Shown here: positions 29,419 through 39,179 of the stretch, piece by piece
How the letters are laid out: each line of letters opens with the position of its first letter
Position numbering within the stretch: the first letter of the stretch is position 1
From: an uncultured Bryobacterales bacterium
Lineage (GTDB): Bacteria; Acidobacteriota; Terriglobia; Bryobacterales; UBA6623
DNA: 64,000 bases
Assembly (NCBI GenBank): GCA_958295955.1
Contig: OY282420.1
Coordinates: 4,233,063 to 4,297,062 of the forward strand
Direction: 5' to 3'
Made by a program: the position numbers and the translations under genes
The notes under the pieces: model-generated
What the model was told of the DNA's origin: nothing
Seen by the model: only the letters and a program-made list of their open reading frames with translations
The model's database searches: none

Positions 29419-29840
29419 TGCGCAATCGCACCCTCGCTGCCGATTACGTCCGGCGCGCCGCGGCGCGTCTGCGGGCGATAGACGTCCTGCACGAGGCCGG
29501 AAGTTGGGCCGACGTGGTCAGGGAATCGCAGGAAGTGGTCGAACTCGCCCTGAAGGGTCTGTTGCGCGCCGCCGGCGTCGACCCGCCGCGCGTGCATGAT
29601 GTCGCCGACGTGTTGGAGGCCGAGCGGAGCCGGCTGCCGGCGAGCCTGGCCGGAGAAGTCAACCGGCTTGCCGCGGCCTCCCGCGCTCTGCGGCGCGACC
29701 GCGAACTCGCCTTCTACGGCGCCGAAGACCTGACGCCGTCCGACTTCTACCGCAAGAGCGATGCCGACGAGGCGCGCGACGCCGCCAGGCTCGTGGTGGA
29801 ACGGGTACGTCCGCACGTCCCGGCCGATGCCTCCCACTGA
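29418..29840 (+). CDS. HEPN domain protein (HepT-like toxin candidate)
   Basis: 140 aa, all-helical, with SWADVVRESQEVVELALKGLLRAAGVDPPRVHDV...LRRDRELAFYG resembling my memory of the HEPN family (Pfam PF05168). ATG overlaps the upstream TGA by 1 nt. Confidence 0.75.
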   Translation: MRNRTLAADYVRRAAARLRAIDVLHEAGSWADVVRESQEVVELALKGLLRAAGVDPPRVHDVADVLEAERSRLPASLAGEVNRLAAASRALRRDRELAFYGAEDLTPSDFYRKSDADEARDAARLVVERVRPHVPADASH

Positions 29841-30153
29841 ATCCCGCGCCTGTCGTTCAGTAGCCGCTCGGCAGGCTTCTCGCGCCGTCGCCCGCGTTTC
29901 CGGGCGCGCCTCCCTGGTTGCGCCGCGCGAGCAATGGCAGGAAGCGGTTCGTGCAACGACGCGCGAAAAGTTCGCTTGACCCGCGCGGCGCCGAGACGCC
30001 GGGCATGACCGCATCGGCCGCCCGAATCCACCGCGAAGCGCAATCCGCTTGCGCGCCTTGATCGTTCCGCTTGCCGCCGGTTCGGGCGCGGGAAACCGAG
30101 GCGCCTATGCTAATCTGAGGACTGCGGAGACGGCCTTGTCGGGCCGCCCGAAA

Positions 30154-30229
30154 GCCACGATAGCTCAGTTGGTAGAGCAGCGGTTTCGTAAACCGCAGGT
30201 CGTCGGTTCGAGTCCGACTCGTGGCTCCA
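30154..30229 (+). tRNA. tRNA-Thr (anticodon CGU)
   Basis: Hand-folded cloverleaf. Acceptor GCCACGA/TCGTGGC. D arm GCTC-AGTTGGTA-GAGC. Anticodon arm GCGGT-TTCGTAA-ACCGC (anticodon CGT). Variable loop AGGTC. T arm GTCGG-TTCGAGT-CCGAC. Discriminator T plus encoded CCA, followed by TTTTTT. Confidence 0.9.
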
Positions 30230-30368
30230 TTTTTTCAGCAAAACCGACTCCGTTGCGGCGCTGTCCCGCATCGCCGGCGCGTTGGGCGCTACGGTCGATA
30301 TCTCGATAGCCATGAGCCGGCGGAAGAAAAACCTGCATGAACCGGGCGGTGTTTGCGATGCTATTGCC

Positions 30369-31421
30369 ATGATGCCGAACAGGAACACGCTTCAAGTCTC
30401 GTTTCTTCTCGCCGCGGTCGCCTGGGCCGCCGCGCCCGACCGCGCGCCCGCCCAGCCCTATTCCAATCCGTACCGCATGGTGGAAGGCTGGGCCAAGATG
30501 CCCGAGGGCAGAAAGATGGGCGCCGTGGGAGGCGTCGCCATCGACCCCGACGGCAAGCACGTCTGGGCCGCGGTGCGCTGCGACGCGGGGCCGGAACGCT
30601 TCGGCTACGAGTGCCTCGACTCCGATCTCGACCCCGTTGTGAAGTTCGACATGGAGGGCAACGCGGTCGCCGGCTTCGGCGGCGGCATGTTCATCTGGCC
30701 CCACGGAATCCACGTGGACGCCGGCGGCAACGTATGGCTGACCGACGCGGTCAGCGCCGCGCGCACGCCGCAGGGAAACCGCGGCCATCAAGTCGTGAAG
30801 TTCAGCCCAACCGGAGAGGTGCTGATGACCCTCGGCACGCCCGGCGTCGCCGGCAACGACCGCAGTCATTTCAACGCGCCGGCCGATGTCGTCGTCGGCG
30901 ATAACGGCCATATCTTCGTCGCCGACGGCCACGGGGGCGAAGACAACAACCGTGTCGTGAAGTTCACCGCGAAAGGCGAGTTCGTCAAGGCATGGGGCAA
31001 GACCGGCTACGGCCCCGGCGAGTTTCACACCCTGCACGCTCTGGCGATCGATTCCAGAGGCCGCCTGTTCGTGGCCGACCGCGGCAACAACCGCATCCAG
31101 ATTTTCGACCAGGAGGGCAAGCACTTGGCCACTTGGACGCAGTTCGGCCGGCCCAGCGGCATCTACTTCGCCGGAGGCGACCGCATCTACGTGGCCGATT
31201 CGGAGTCGGACGACGTGGAGAATCCGGGCTGGGAAATGGGCCTGCGCATCGGCGACGCGCACAAGGGCTGGGTTTCCGAGTTCGTCCTCTTCCCTTGGGG
31301 AGACCCGCGCTCGACCCGCGGCTCGGGCGCCGAGTTCGTCGCCGCCGACGCGGACGGCAACCTCTATGCCGGCGAGCCTTTCCGCCGCCGCCTGCAGAAG
31401 TACATCCGCGTCAGGCCGTAG
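30369..31421 (+). CDS. Secreted NHL-repeat six-bladed beta-propeller protein (peptidylglycine-lyase-like)
   Basis: Signal peptide followed by repeated NHL-type blades: PHGIHVDAGGNVWLTD, FNAPADVVVGDNGHIFVADG, LHALAIDSRGRLFVADRGNNRIQIF, PSGIYFAGGDRIYVADS. Confidence 0.8.
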   Translation: MMPNRNTLQVSFLLAAVAWAAAPDRAPAQPYSNPYRMVEGWAKMPEGRKMGAVGGVAIDPDGKHVWAAVRCDAGPERFGYECLDSDLDPVVKFDMEGNAVAGFGGGMFIWPHGIHVDAGGNVWLTDAVSAARTPQGNRGHQVVKFSPTGEVLMTLGTPGVAGNDRSHFNAPADVVVGDNGHIFVADGHGGEDNNRVVKFTAKGEFVKAWGKTGYGPGEFHTLHALAIDSRGRLFVADRGNNRIQIFDQEGKHLATWTQFGRPSGIYFAGGDRIYVADSESDDVENPGWEMGLRIGDAHKGWVSEFVLFPWGDPRSTRGSGAEFVAADADGNLYAGEPFRRRLQKYIRVRP

Positions 31422-31577
31422 GCCGGCTGCGCTGCGGGATCGTCTTTTCCAACACAAGATAGCCTGAAGGAGCGGCGAGTGTAGGGGTAGGGGCAAGCGA
31501 TCTGCCGGTCAAGCCGGCGAACCGGCCATTCTCCGCGCGGCGCCTCGACTGCGTAGCATTCGCGGGCATGCATATAA

Positions 31578-33968
31578 TTGCGCCCAAGGGTTCCGGTGCG
31601 TGTGAGACTCGATCGGTGGGAGCGGCGCCGGCCGCCGGCGCTTGCGGTTGTTGCGGCGCTCTTGCTTGCGCAGGCGTTGACGGCGCAGACGATGGACGGA
31701 CGGCTGCGCGTCAGCGTACGCGATGCGTCAGGCCGGGCGGTCGCCGCGCAGGTCGATCTGGTCGGCCGCAACCCGCAGTTCACGGCCGCCGCGCAAGCGA
31801 ACGCGCAGGGCGAGGCGACGCTGCGCCGCATCCCCCCGGGGGTTTACCGCTTGCATGTCAGCCGGCCGGGTTTTCAGGATTATGCCGGCCGGGTCGAAAT
31901 CCGCTCCGCCGTGCCGCGGACCATCGAGGTCGCATTGAGCATCGAGCCCGTGCGCAGCGAGGTGACGGTTGCAGCCCCCGCGCCGCTGCTCGATGCGCTG
32001 CAGCCCTCGCAAACGATGCGCGCCGGCAGCGATTTCCTCGAGCGCGCTCTCGGCGCCACGCTGGGCCGCAGCACGACCGACGTGGTGACGACCATGCCCG
32101 GCTGGCTGCTCGAAGCCAATGCCGTCTTGCACCCGCGGGGCTCGGAATACGACACGCAGTACGTCATCGACGGCATGCCGCTCTACGACAACCGTTCGAT
32201 CGCTTTTGCGCCGGCCTTCGAGAACAGCGAGTTCGCGGCGGTGAACGTGCTTACCGCCGGCATCCCCGCCGAGTACGGACGCCGCCTGGGCGGCGTGATC
32301 GCGCTCGACACCCGCCGGCAAGGGATGCGCGGAAACCGCTCCGCGCTCGACCTGCAGCGAGGGGCGTACGGCACGGCCATCGGGGCCTTTTCCCACCAAT
32401 ACGCCGCCGACCGCACCGTCTTCTCGGTCGGGCTTCAGGGCGGCCGCACCGACCGCTATCTCGACCCGCCGGCGCTTCAGAATTTCACCAACAAGGGCAG
32501 TTCCTCCGGCTTCAACGCAAGCCTCTCGCAGGACGCGGCGGACCGCGGCCGGGTCACCTTCTACCTGCGCTCCAATCGGACCGGATTTCTCGTTCCGAAC
32601 GACCTGAAGCAACAGCAAGCAGGGCAGCGCCAGGACCGCCGCGCAGCCGAGACAGCGGGCCAGGTCCATTACCAGCACACGTTCTCGGCGCGGTCGCTGG
32701 GCTCGGTCCGCGGCATGGTGCGCGACTTGACCAGCCGGCTTTGGAGCAACGAATTTTCCACGCCGGCGTACGTCTTGCAAGACCGCGGCTTCCGCGAAGG
32801 CGCGGTCATCGCCGCCCTCACCCTGGAAAGCGAACGGCACGCCTTCAAGCTCGGCGGGGATGTGCGCGTCAACGATATCCGCGAGCGATTTCAGTTGGCC
32901 GAGCCGGACGAGCCCACCCATTTCGATATCGACTTTTTCGATGTGCGGCGCAGCGCCGAGACGAGTCTGTTCGTGCAAGACCAGTTCCGCCTGGGCAACT
33001 TCGCCGCCAACATCGGAGTTCGTTTCGACCGCTACAGTCTGTTGGTGGAAGACAATGCAATCAGTCCGCGCATCGCCTTGAGCTACTACTTGCCGGCGGC
33101 GGACTTGCAGTTGAGAGCCTCCTATGACCGGGTTTTTCAACCGCCGCCCATCGAGAACCTGCTGCTCAGCAGCGCCGCCCCCACGCTGGGCCTGGACGCT
33201 GTCGAAGACGCTCTGCCGGTACCGACGGGGCGGGCGAATTTCTTCGAGATCGGGCTGCGCAAGCCGCTTGCGAACGTCTTGCGCCTGGACGTCAGCCGCT
33301 ATTGGCGCGCGTTCCGCAACCCCATTGACGACGATGTCTTTCTGAACACCGGCCTGTCGTTTCCGATCACCTTCGCCTCGGCGCATATCGCGGGAACCGA
33401 GGCGCGGCTGGAGATGCCCCGCCGGCGCGGCTGGTCGGCGGTCGTCAGCTACTCCAACATGACGGGCCGCGCGGCCTCGCCCGTGACCGGCGGGCTATTC
33501 ATCGAGGGCGGCGAAGCCGACGAGCTGCGCGACGCGGCGGTCAGTTTCCCGATCAGCCAAGACCAGCGGAATACGGTTGCCGGGCAAGTCCGTTTCGAGC
33601 CGCACCGCCGCGTTTGGCTCATGGCGGGCGTTCGCTACGGCAGCGGCCTGCCCGTCGAGTTCGAAGACGACGATGACGAAGAAGATGCGGGCGGCGGCGA
33701 AGGCGAAGACGAGGGGGAAGAGCAGCCGATTCCGCAAGATGTCCTGGACAAGATCGATTTCGAGCGGGGCCGCGTGCGGCCGAATCTCAGCATCGATTTT
33801 TCGGCGGGCTTCCGCGTCTGGGAACGGCCCCGGCGGTCGCTTACCATGCAACTCGATCTGCGCAATGCCCTCGACCGGCTCAACGTAATCAATTTCAGCG
33901 GGCTGTTTTCCGGCACGGCGCTGGCCCCGGGGCGGCAGGCGGCGGTACAGATGAAGTTGCGGTTTTGA
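31578..33968 (+). CDS. TonB-dependent receptor with N-terminal carboxypeptidase-regulatory-like domain
   Basis: GRLRVSVRDASGRAVAAQVDLV...PPGVYRLHVSRPGF (CarboxypepD_reg-like). Plug-like HPRGSEYDTQYVIDGMPLYDN. Long beta-barrel ending in MKLRF. TTG start is uncertain (GTG 31596/31602 are alternatives). Confidence 0.85.
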   Translation: MRPRVPVRVRLDRWERRRPPALAVVAALLLAQALTAQTMDGRLRVSVRDASGRAVAAQVDLVGRNPQFTAAAQANAQGEATLRRIPPGVYRLHVSRPGFQDYAGRVEIRSAVPRTIEVALSIEPVRSEVTVAAPAPLLDALQPSQTMRAGSDFLERALGATLGRSTTDVVTTMPGWLLEANAVLHPRGSEYDTQYVIDGMPLYDNRSIAFAPAFENSEFAAVNVLTAGIPAEYGRRLGGVIALDTRRQGMRGNRSALDLQRGAYGTAIGAFSHQYAADRTVFSVGLQGGRTDRYLDPPALQNFTNKGSSSGFNASLSQDAADRGRVTFYLRSNRTGFLVPNDLKQQQAGQRQDRRAAETAGQVHYQHTFSARSLGSVRGMVRDLTSRLWSNEFSTPAYVLQDRGFREGAVIAALTLESERHAFKLGGDVRVNDIRERFQLAEPDEPTHFDIDFFDVRRSAETSLFVQDQFRLGNFAANIGVRFDRYSLLVEDNAISPRIALSYYLPAADLQLRASYDRVFQPPPIENLLLSSAAPTLGLDAVEDALPVPTGRANFFEIGLRKPLANVLRLDVSRYWRAFRNPIDDDVFLNTGLSFPITFASAHIAGTEARLEMPRRRGWSAVVSYSNMTGRAASPVTGGLFIEGGEADELRDAAVSFPISQDQRNTVAGQVRFEPHRRVWLMAGVRYGSGLPVEFEDDDDEEDAGGGEGEDEGEEQPIPQDVLDKIDFERGRVRPNLSIDFSAGFRVWERPRRSLTMQLDLRNALDRLNVINFSGLFSGTALAPGRQAAVQMKLRF

Positions 33969-34006
33969 AGAGCCGCGAATCAGGAAGAACAGGGGGGAGA
34001 AGCGGC

Positions 34007-34837
34007 GTGTCCCGTTCCGACCATTACGAGGTATATGCGATCAAGTATGCGGAGTGCATCGCGCGCACGCGCAGGCAATCGTTCATTTTCGACGACGCGC
34101 ACGACGCGCCCCACGATATGGACTATTTCATCTGGGTCGTGCGCAATGCGCAGCGGACGATCCTGGTCGATACCGGATTCGACGGCGCGGAAGGCGCGCG
34201 GCGCGGGCGGCGGGTCATCCTCGAGCCGGCCGCGGCGGCGGCCCGCATCGGCATCGCGCCCGATGCCGTGGACACGGCGATTATCACCCATCTGCATTAC
34301 GATCACGCGGGCGGGCTGGAGCAGTTTCCGAACGCCCGCTTGCACCTGCAGGAGGCCGAGATGGTTTACGCGACCGGCCCCTGCATGCGCCACGACGTTT
34401 TGCGCAAGCCGTTTACGGCCGAGCACGTCTGCCGCATGGTGCGGCGCGTATATGCCGGCGGCGTGGTTTTTCACGACGGCGATGCGGAGGTCGCGCCCGG
34501 GGTCAGCGTCCACAAGGTCGGCGGACACAGCCGCGGCTTGCAGGTCGTCCGCGTCGAAACGGAGCGGGGGCCGCTGGCGCTGGCGTCGGACGCGGCTCAC
34601 TATTACGAAAACTACGAAGCGCGGAATCCGTTTCCCCTGGTTGTCGATGTCGAAGACATGCTCAAGGGGTACGACGTGTTGACGCGGCTGGCGGGCGATA
34701 GGCGCTTGGTGATTCCCGGCCACGACCCGCTCGTGCGCCGAAGATTTCCCGCGGCTTTCGAGGGCGCGGGCGTGGACGTAAGGCGCCTGGATTTGGGGCC
34801 CGTCCGCCAAGCTGCCGGTCCGCCGGAGGAATCGTGA
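34007..34837 (+). CDS. MBL-fold metallo-hydrolase (N-acyl-homoserine-lactonase-like)
   Basis: ILVDTGF...ITHLHYDHAGG...HKVGGHSRG...IPGHDP are the metallo-beta-lactamase metal ligands. Start chosen at GTG 34007 behind GGGGGGAGAAG; TTG 33965 is possible. Confidence 0.8.
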   Translation: MSRSDHYEVYAIKYAECIARTRRQSFIFDDAHDAPHDMDYFIWVVRNAQRTILVDTGFDGAEGARRGRRVILEPAAAAARIGIAPDAVDTAIITHLHYDHAGGLEQFPNARLHLQEAEMVYATGPCMRHDVLRKPFTAEHVCRMVRRVYAGGVVFHDGDAEVAPGVSVHKVGGHSRGLQVVRVETERGPLALASDAAHYYENYEARNPFPLVVDVEDMLKGYDVLTRLAGDRRLVIPGHDPLVRRRFPAAFEGAGVDVRRLDLGPVRQAAGPPEES

Positions 34838-34891
34838 TACGCTTACAGCCGTAAACAGGCGGGGGGCGGCCGGCCGGCGAGGCGAAATCCA

Positions 34892-36067
34892 ATGCGCATT
34901 TTTTTGACATCCGCGATTTTCTTGCTGCTTGCGGTTCCCGGGGCCGCGGCGGCGGACCATGAACACGTTCTGCTCTGGCCCGACGGCGCGCCCGGCGCGC
35001 AGGGGGACGAAGCCGTCGACCGGCCGGCGCTGACCGTTCATCTCGCCGCGCCGGAGAACAACACGGGCGCGGCGGTCATCGTCAATCCGGGAGGCGGATA
35101 CCGCATTCTCGCCTCCGACCACGAAGGCTTGCAGGTCGCGCGCCGGCTGAATTCCGCCGGCATCAACGCTTTTGTCCTGCGCTACCGCTTGCAGCCGAAG
35201 TACGAACCGTCGTTCGCGCTGCTCGACGCACAGCGCGCCGTGCGTTATGTCCGCTCGCGGGCGCGGGAGCTCGGCGTCGATCCGAACCGTATCGGCATGC
35301 TCGGGTTCTCGGCGGGCGGACACCTGACCACCGCGGCGGGGACGGCGTTCGATGACGGCGATCCCGAGGCGGACGATCCGCTCGAGCGCGTCAGCTCCCG
35401 GCCCGACTTTCTGGCGCCGATCTATGCGGCGGTGTCGGGGAAGCTGCTGCGCGGGAACCCGCGAGCGTATCACGATACGGACGTCAAGGTGACCGCGGCG
35501 ACTCCGCCGGCGTTCCTTGTGCATACCCATACCGACCCGACGGTGACGCCCAAGCACAGCCTCGCTTTTTACCAGGCGCTGCTCGACGCGGGCGTCTCCG
35601 CCGAGATGCATATCTTCGCCTTCGGCCCGCACGGCACGGGACTCGCGCCGGGCGACCCCGACCTCGGACAATGGCCCGCATTGCTGCGCGGCTGGCTGCG
35701 CCGACAGGGATTCCTGACCGCCGCCGAGCGCGCGGAGGTCAGCGGCGCCGTGCTGCTCGACGGGGAACCGCTCTACTGGGGCTGGCTCACGCTGCTGCCG
35801 GAAAACGAGAACAACCCGCCGGCAACGGCCTATATGGGCCGGCGGAACGGGGGGAAGTTCAAGATCGAGGCCGCCGTCGGGCCGAGCGTCGGGCGTCACC
35901 GCGTGGAGGTGCATCGCGTCGCTACGGATTTCTCGGCTCCGGCGAGCGGCTCGTATTCACTGGAAAATGCCGAAAAATTCACCAAAAAATCGCCAGCGGG
36001 AGGCGGTCTCTTCGTGCAAATCGCGCCCGGAGTCAACGAGATAACGATAGAAATTGCCACCGAATAG
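34892..36067 (+). CDS. Secreted alpha/beta hydrolase (esterase) with extra C-terminal beta-sandwich-like domain
   Basis: Signal peptide, VIVNPGGGY, nucleophile elbow GFSAGGH, and a late H in PHGTGL. The last ~110 aa were not recognised. Confidence 0.8.
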   Translation: MRIFLTSAIFLLLAVPGAAAADHEHVLLWPDGAPGAQGDEAVDRPALTVHLAAPENNTGAAVIVNPGGGYRILASDHEGLQVARRLNSAGINAFVLRYRLQPKYEPSFALLDAQRAVRYVRSRARELGVDPNRIGMLGFSAGGHLTTAAGTAFDDGDPEADDPLERVSSRPDFLAPIYAAVSGKLLRGNPRAYHDTDVKVTAATPPAFLVHTHTDPTVTPKHSLAFYQALLDAGVSAEMHIFAFGPHGTGLAPGDPDLGQWPALLRGWLRRQGFLTAAERAEVSGAVLLDGEPLYWGWLTLLPENENNPPATAYMGRRNGGKFKIEAAVGPSVGRHRVEVHRVATDFSAPASGSYSLENAEKFTKKSPAGGGLFVQIAPGVNEITIEIATE

Positions 36068-36791
36068 CGGCTGTATTTTCGCTCCGCGCGGGGGCGGAGC
36101 GTTGCTTCTGGTCGCCGCCGACCGCCGGGAATTCGCGGGCTTCGAGGGTCTCGTTTTTCGCCCGGCGGCCGGCGCGCGCAGCTTGGCCGCCGGAGAGTTG
36201 AACGGCGTCCCGGCGTTGTTTGCCGCGAACGGCGTCGGCCGCCGCGCCGCCGCGGCCGCGGCGCGGGCAATAGCCGGCGCCAACCCGGTCGCCGCTCTCG
36301 TTTCGACGGGCTTCGCCGGCGCGCTGGCGCCGGATTACAAGGTCGGCGACCTGTTCGTCGCGCAGCGGGTTATAGGCGGCGGCGTGGGGTATTCTGGAAG
36401 GTTGCCGGCCTGCCCGAACGGTTCGTGCCGGCGGGGAACTTTGCTGACGGTGGACCGGGTTGTTCAGAGCGCGGAAGAGAAACGGCGCTTGGCCGCTTCT
36501 TCGGGCGCGCAGGCGGTGGACATGGAAGCGGCGGCGGTGGCGGAGGTAGCGGCGGAGCGCTCGTTGCCGTTCTATTGCGTTCGCGCGCTGAGTGACGACG
36601 CGGAAGCTGCGTTCCCCATCGACTTCAACCGAGCGCTGCGCGCAGACGGCTCTTTTTCCATAACGGACATCCTGCGGCAGGTCGGCTTGAGTCGCGCGCG
36701 CCGGCGGCAGTTGGCGCGCCTGAAGCGCGACGGCGAGCGGGCGGCTCGTTCGTTGGCCGCTTTTCTTTCAACCTGCGAGTTTGCCCGCTGA
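36054..36791 (+). CDS. Nucleoside phosphorylase family-1 protein (MTA/SAH-nucleosidase- or HpnG-like)
   Basis: STGFAGAL...AVDMEAAAVAEVA...PFYCVRALSDDA resembles the PNP_UDP_1 fold motifs. Start is uncertain (TTG 36054 or TTG 36102). Confidence 0.65.
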   Translation: MPPNSGCIFAPRGGGALLLVAADRREFAGFEGLVFRPAAGARSLAAGELNGVPALFAANGVGRRAAAAAARAIAGANPVAALVSTGFAGALAPDYKVGDLFVAQRVIGGGVGYSGRLPACPNGSCRRGTLLTVDRVVQSAEEKRRLAASSGAQAVDMEAAAVAEVAAERSLPFYCVRALSDDAEAAFPIDFNRALRADGSFSITDILRQVGLSRARRRQLARLKRDGERAARSLAAFLSTCEFAR

Positions 36792-36813
36792 CATGCGCAT
36801 ATCCGGCGAGACG

Positions 36814-37875
36814 ATGGAAGCCGCCGTTTACCGCGGCGCCGGCGTCGTCGCCACCGAGCGGCTGCCGGTTCCCCGCATCGGCCCCGGAGAGATCCTGGTC
36901 AGGGTCGAAAGCTGCGGCATCTGCCATACTGATCTCAAGAAGATCGAATACGATCTTTTGCCTGCTCCCCGCGTTTACGGCCACGAAACCGCGGGCGTGG
37001 TCGTTGCCGCTGGGGAAGGCGTGCGGAAAGTGGCGGCAGGCGACCGGGTGTGCCTGTTCCATCACATTCCGTGCAAGAGATGTTTCTATTGCCGGCATCG
37101 AGACTACGCCCAATGCGCGACCTACAAGAAGGTGGGAGTCACTGCCGGATTCGAGCCGGCGGGCGGCGGCTTCGCCCAATACGCGCGCGCGATGGATTGG
37201 ATCGTGGAGCGCGGCGTCGAGAAGATACCGGACGGCGTCGGCTTCGAGCGGGCCACGTTCGTCGAGCCGGTCAATACCTGCTTGAAAGGATTGGAAAAGT
37301 GCGCGGTCGGCGCGGACGAGACCGTCCTGGTGATGGGCCAGGGGCCTATCGGCCTGCTCTTTACGGCGCTGCTGCGGCGGCAGGGAGTTGAGAACGTGAT
37401 CGCCACTGACCGGCTGCCCGCGCGGCTGCAGAAAAGCGCGCGGTTCGGCGCGTCCGCAGCGCTGGAGGCTTCGGCGGACGTTGCGCAGGCGGTCAAGGCC
37501 GTTACGGGCGGGCGCGGCGCGGACGCGGTCATCGTAGCCGCTTCGGCGCCGGGCATCGTGGAGCAGGCCGTCGGCTTGTCGCGCAGAGGCGGAAGGGTCA
37601 TGCTGTTTGCGCAGACTTCGGCGCAGGAGCGGTTCACGCTGGACGGCAAGGCAATCTGCGCCGAAGACCGCGCCGTGTTCGGCTCCTACAGCGCTTCGGT
37701 CGATTTGCAGGCCGAATCGGCGCGGATTGTCTGGGACGGAACGTTTCCCGTCGAGGAGTTGATTTCTCACCACCTGACCTTGGACGAATTCGGAAAAGGG
37801 ATGGAACTGGCGCGGAACCCGCTGAACGGTTCGCTGAAAGTGATCGTGCATCCTCAGGGACGGGCAAAGCCGTGA
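36814..37875 (+). CDS. Zn-dependent medium-chain alcohol/polyol dehydrogenase
   Basis: MEAAVYRG...GEILVRVESCGICHTDL...GHETAGVV...CKRCFYCRHRDYAQC (structural Zn Cys cluster)...VLVMGQGPIGL. ATG 36793 is an alternative start. Confidence 0.85.
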   Translation: MEAAVYRGAGVVATERLPVPRIGPGEILVRVESCGICHTDLKKIEYDLLPAPRVYGHETAGVVVAAGEGVRKVAAGDRVCLFHHIPCKRCFYCRHRDYAQCATYKKVGVTAGFEPAGGGFAQYARAMDWIVERGVEKIPDGVGFERATFVEPVNTCLKGLEKCAVGADETVLVMGQGPIGLLFTALLRRQGVENVIATDRLPARLQKSARFGASAALEASADVAQAVKAVTGGRGADAVIVAASAPGIVEQAVGLSRRGGRVMLFAQTSAQERFTLDGKAICAEDRAVFGSYSASVDLQAESARIVWDGTFPVEELISHHLTLDEFGKGMELARNPLNGSLKVIVHPQGRAKP

Positions 37876-38921
37876 AGGAAACGATGCCTGCCGCGGTGCT
37901 TTACGGCAAAGAGGAGTTGCGCATCGAGCGGGTCGCGGTGCCTGCGGTCGGCCCGTCGGACATCCTCGTGCAAGTCAAGGCGGCGTTGACCTGCGGCACC
38001 GATTTGAAGGTGTACCGCCGGGGCCACCACGCCAGGATGATTACGCCGCCGGCGATCCTCGGCCACGAGTTGGCGGGGGATATTGTTGAGGTCGGCTCGG
38101 CGGTCAAGCACTTCCAGGTCGGCAACCGCGTGGTCGCCGCCAATTCGGCGCCTTGCTTCAAATGCTTTTTCTGCCGGCGCGATCAGAAGAATCTCTGCGA
38201 GAATCTGCTGTTCAACAACGGCGCTTACGCGCGCTACGTGAAAATTCCGGGGCCGATCGCCGACTGCAACACGCACCTCATTCCCGACCACGCGGACTAC
38301 CGCGAGGCGGCGTTGACCGAACCGCTGGCTTGCGTCCTGAACGGCCTCGACGAAACCGGAGTGCGGCCGGGCGATACGGTCACGGTCATCGGCCTGGGGC
38401 CGATCGGGCTGATGTTCGTGCGGCTGGCGAAGATCGCGGGCGCGCGGGTGATCGCCGTCGGGCGGCGTCAGATGCAACTCGACCGCGCCGAGCATTTGGG
38501 CGCGGAAGTCACGATCGAGTCGCGCCGCGCTTACGACCCGAGCGACGAGGTGCGCCGCCGCACCGAAGGCGGGCGGGGCTCGGACATCGTCATCGAGGCG
38601 GTCGGCTCGCCGCACGCCTGGCGTCAGGCGGTGGGCATGGTGCGCTCCGGCGGCGTCGTGAACTTCTTCGGCGGCTGCCCCAAAGAGACGGCGATCTGCC
38701 TGGATACCGGGCGCATCCACTACGGTTCGCTCACGCTGCGGGCGACGTTCCACCACACTCCCGGACATATCCGCGAGGCGCTCGACATCATCTGCCGCGG
38801 CGACGTCCATGCCTCGGACTTCATCCTCGACGAAGCCCCGCTGAGCGACCTGATCGCAGTGTTCCAGTCGATGATGAGCCGCAACGGCCGGCTGAAAACG
38901 GCGATCCTGCCCGAAGATTAA
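37872..38921 (+). CDS. Zn-dependent medium-chain alcohol/polyol dehydrogenase (second, tandem)
   Basis: AAVLYGKEELRIE...ALTCGTDLK...GHELAGDIV...CFKCFFCRRDQKNLC...VTVIGLGPIGL. GTG overlaps the upstream TGA (GTGA); ATG 37884 is an alternative. Confidence 0.85.
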   Translation: MKETMPAAVLYGKEELRIERVAVPAVGPSDILVQVKAALTCGTDLKVYRRGHHARMITPPAILGHELAGDIVEVGSAVKHFQVGNRVVAANSAPCFKCFFCRRDQKNLCENLLFNNGAYARYVKIPGPIADCNTHLIPDHADYREAALTEPLACVLNGLDETGVRPGDTVTVIGLGPIGLMFVRLAKIAGARVIAVGRRQMQLDRAEHLGAEVTIESRRAYDPSDEVRRRTEGGRGSDIVIEAVGSPHAWRQAVGMVRSGGVVNFFGGCPKETAICLDTGRIHYGSLTLRATFHHTPGHIREALDIICRGDVHASDFILDEAPLSDLIAVFQSMMSRNGRLKTAILPED

Positions 38922-39179
38922 GCGAAATTTTTCCATGCGAAGTCGGAGATCGTCTGGTCGCGGATAAACTGAACGCCTTATTCAGCCTGAATGACTGTTT
39001 CAATGACAGCCGTTGTCTTCGTGGGCCGGGAGACGCATTGCGGACGGCAGGTTTCCGCGTTCATGCGCGCGCGTACGGTTTCCACTCGGCCGGCGCGCGC
39101 ATCTCGATGCTGTTCCCGTGCTGCGGAGGCATCGAACCGGCGCCGCCCCTGCCCACGCGCATTTGAGGAGATTCCATGA

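Noticed and set aside
29841-30153. tRNA-Thr preceded by a TA module: possible integration hotspot or genomic-island boundary
   Set aside because: No integrase, no repeat of the tRNA 3' end, and no clear compositional shift across the tRNA were found by eye. A possible extended -10 (TGCTAATCT, 30108-30116) is the only regulatory hint, and it is weak.
31422-31577. Possible cobalamin or other riboswitch in the 156-nt leader of the TonB-dependent receptor
   Set aside because: I could not find a B12-box-like element or other conserved riboswitch core by eye. This would need an Rfam/Infernal scan to revisit.
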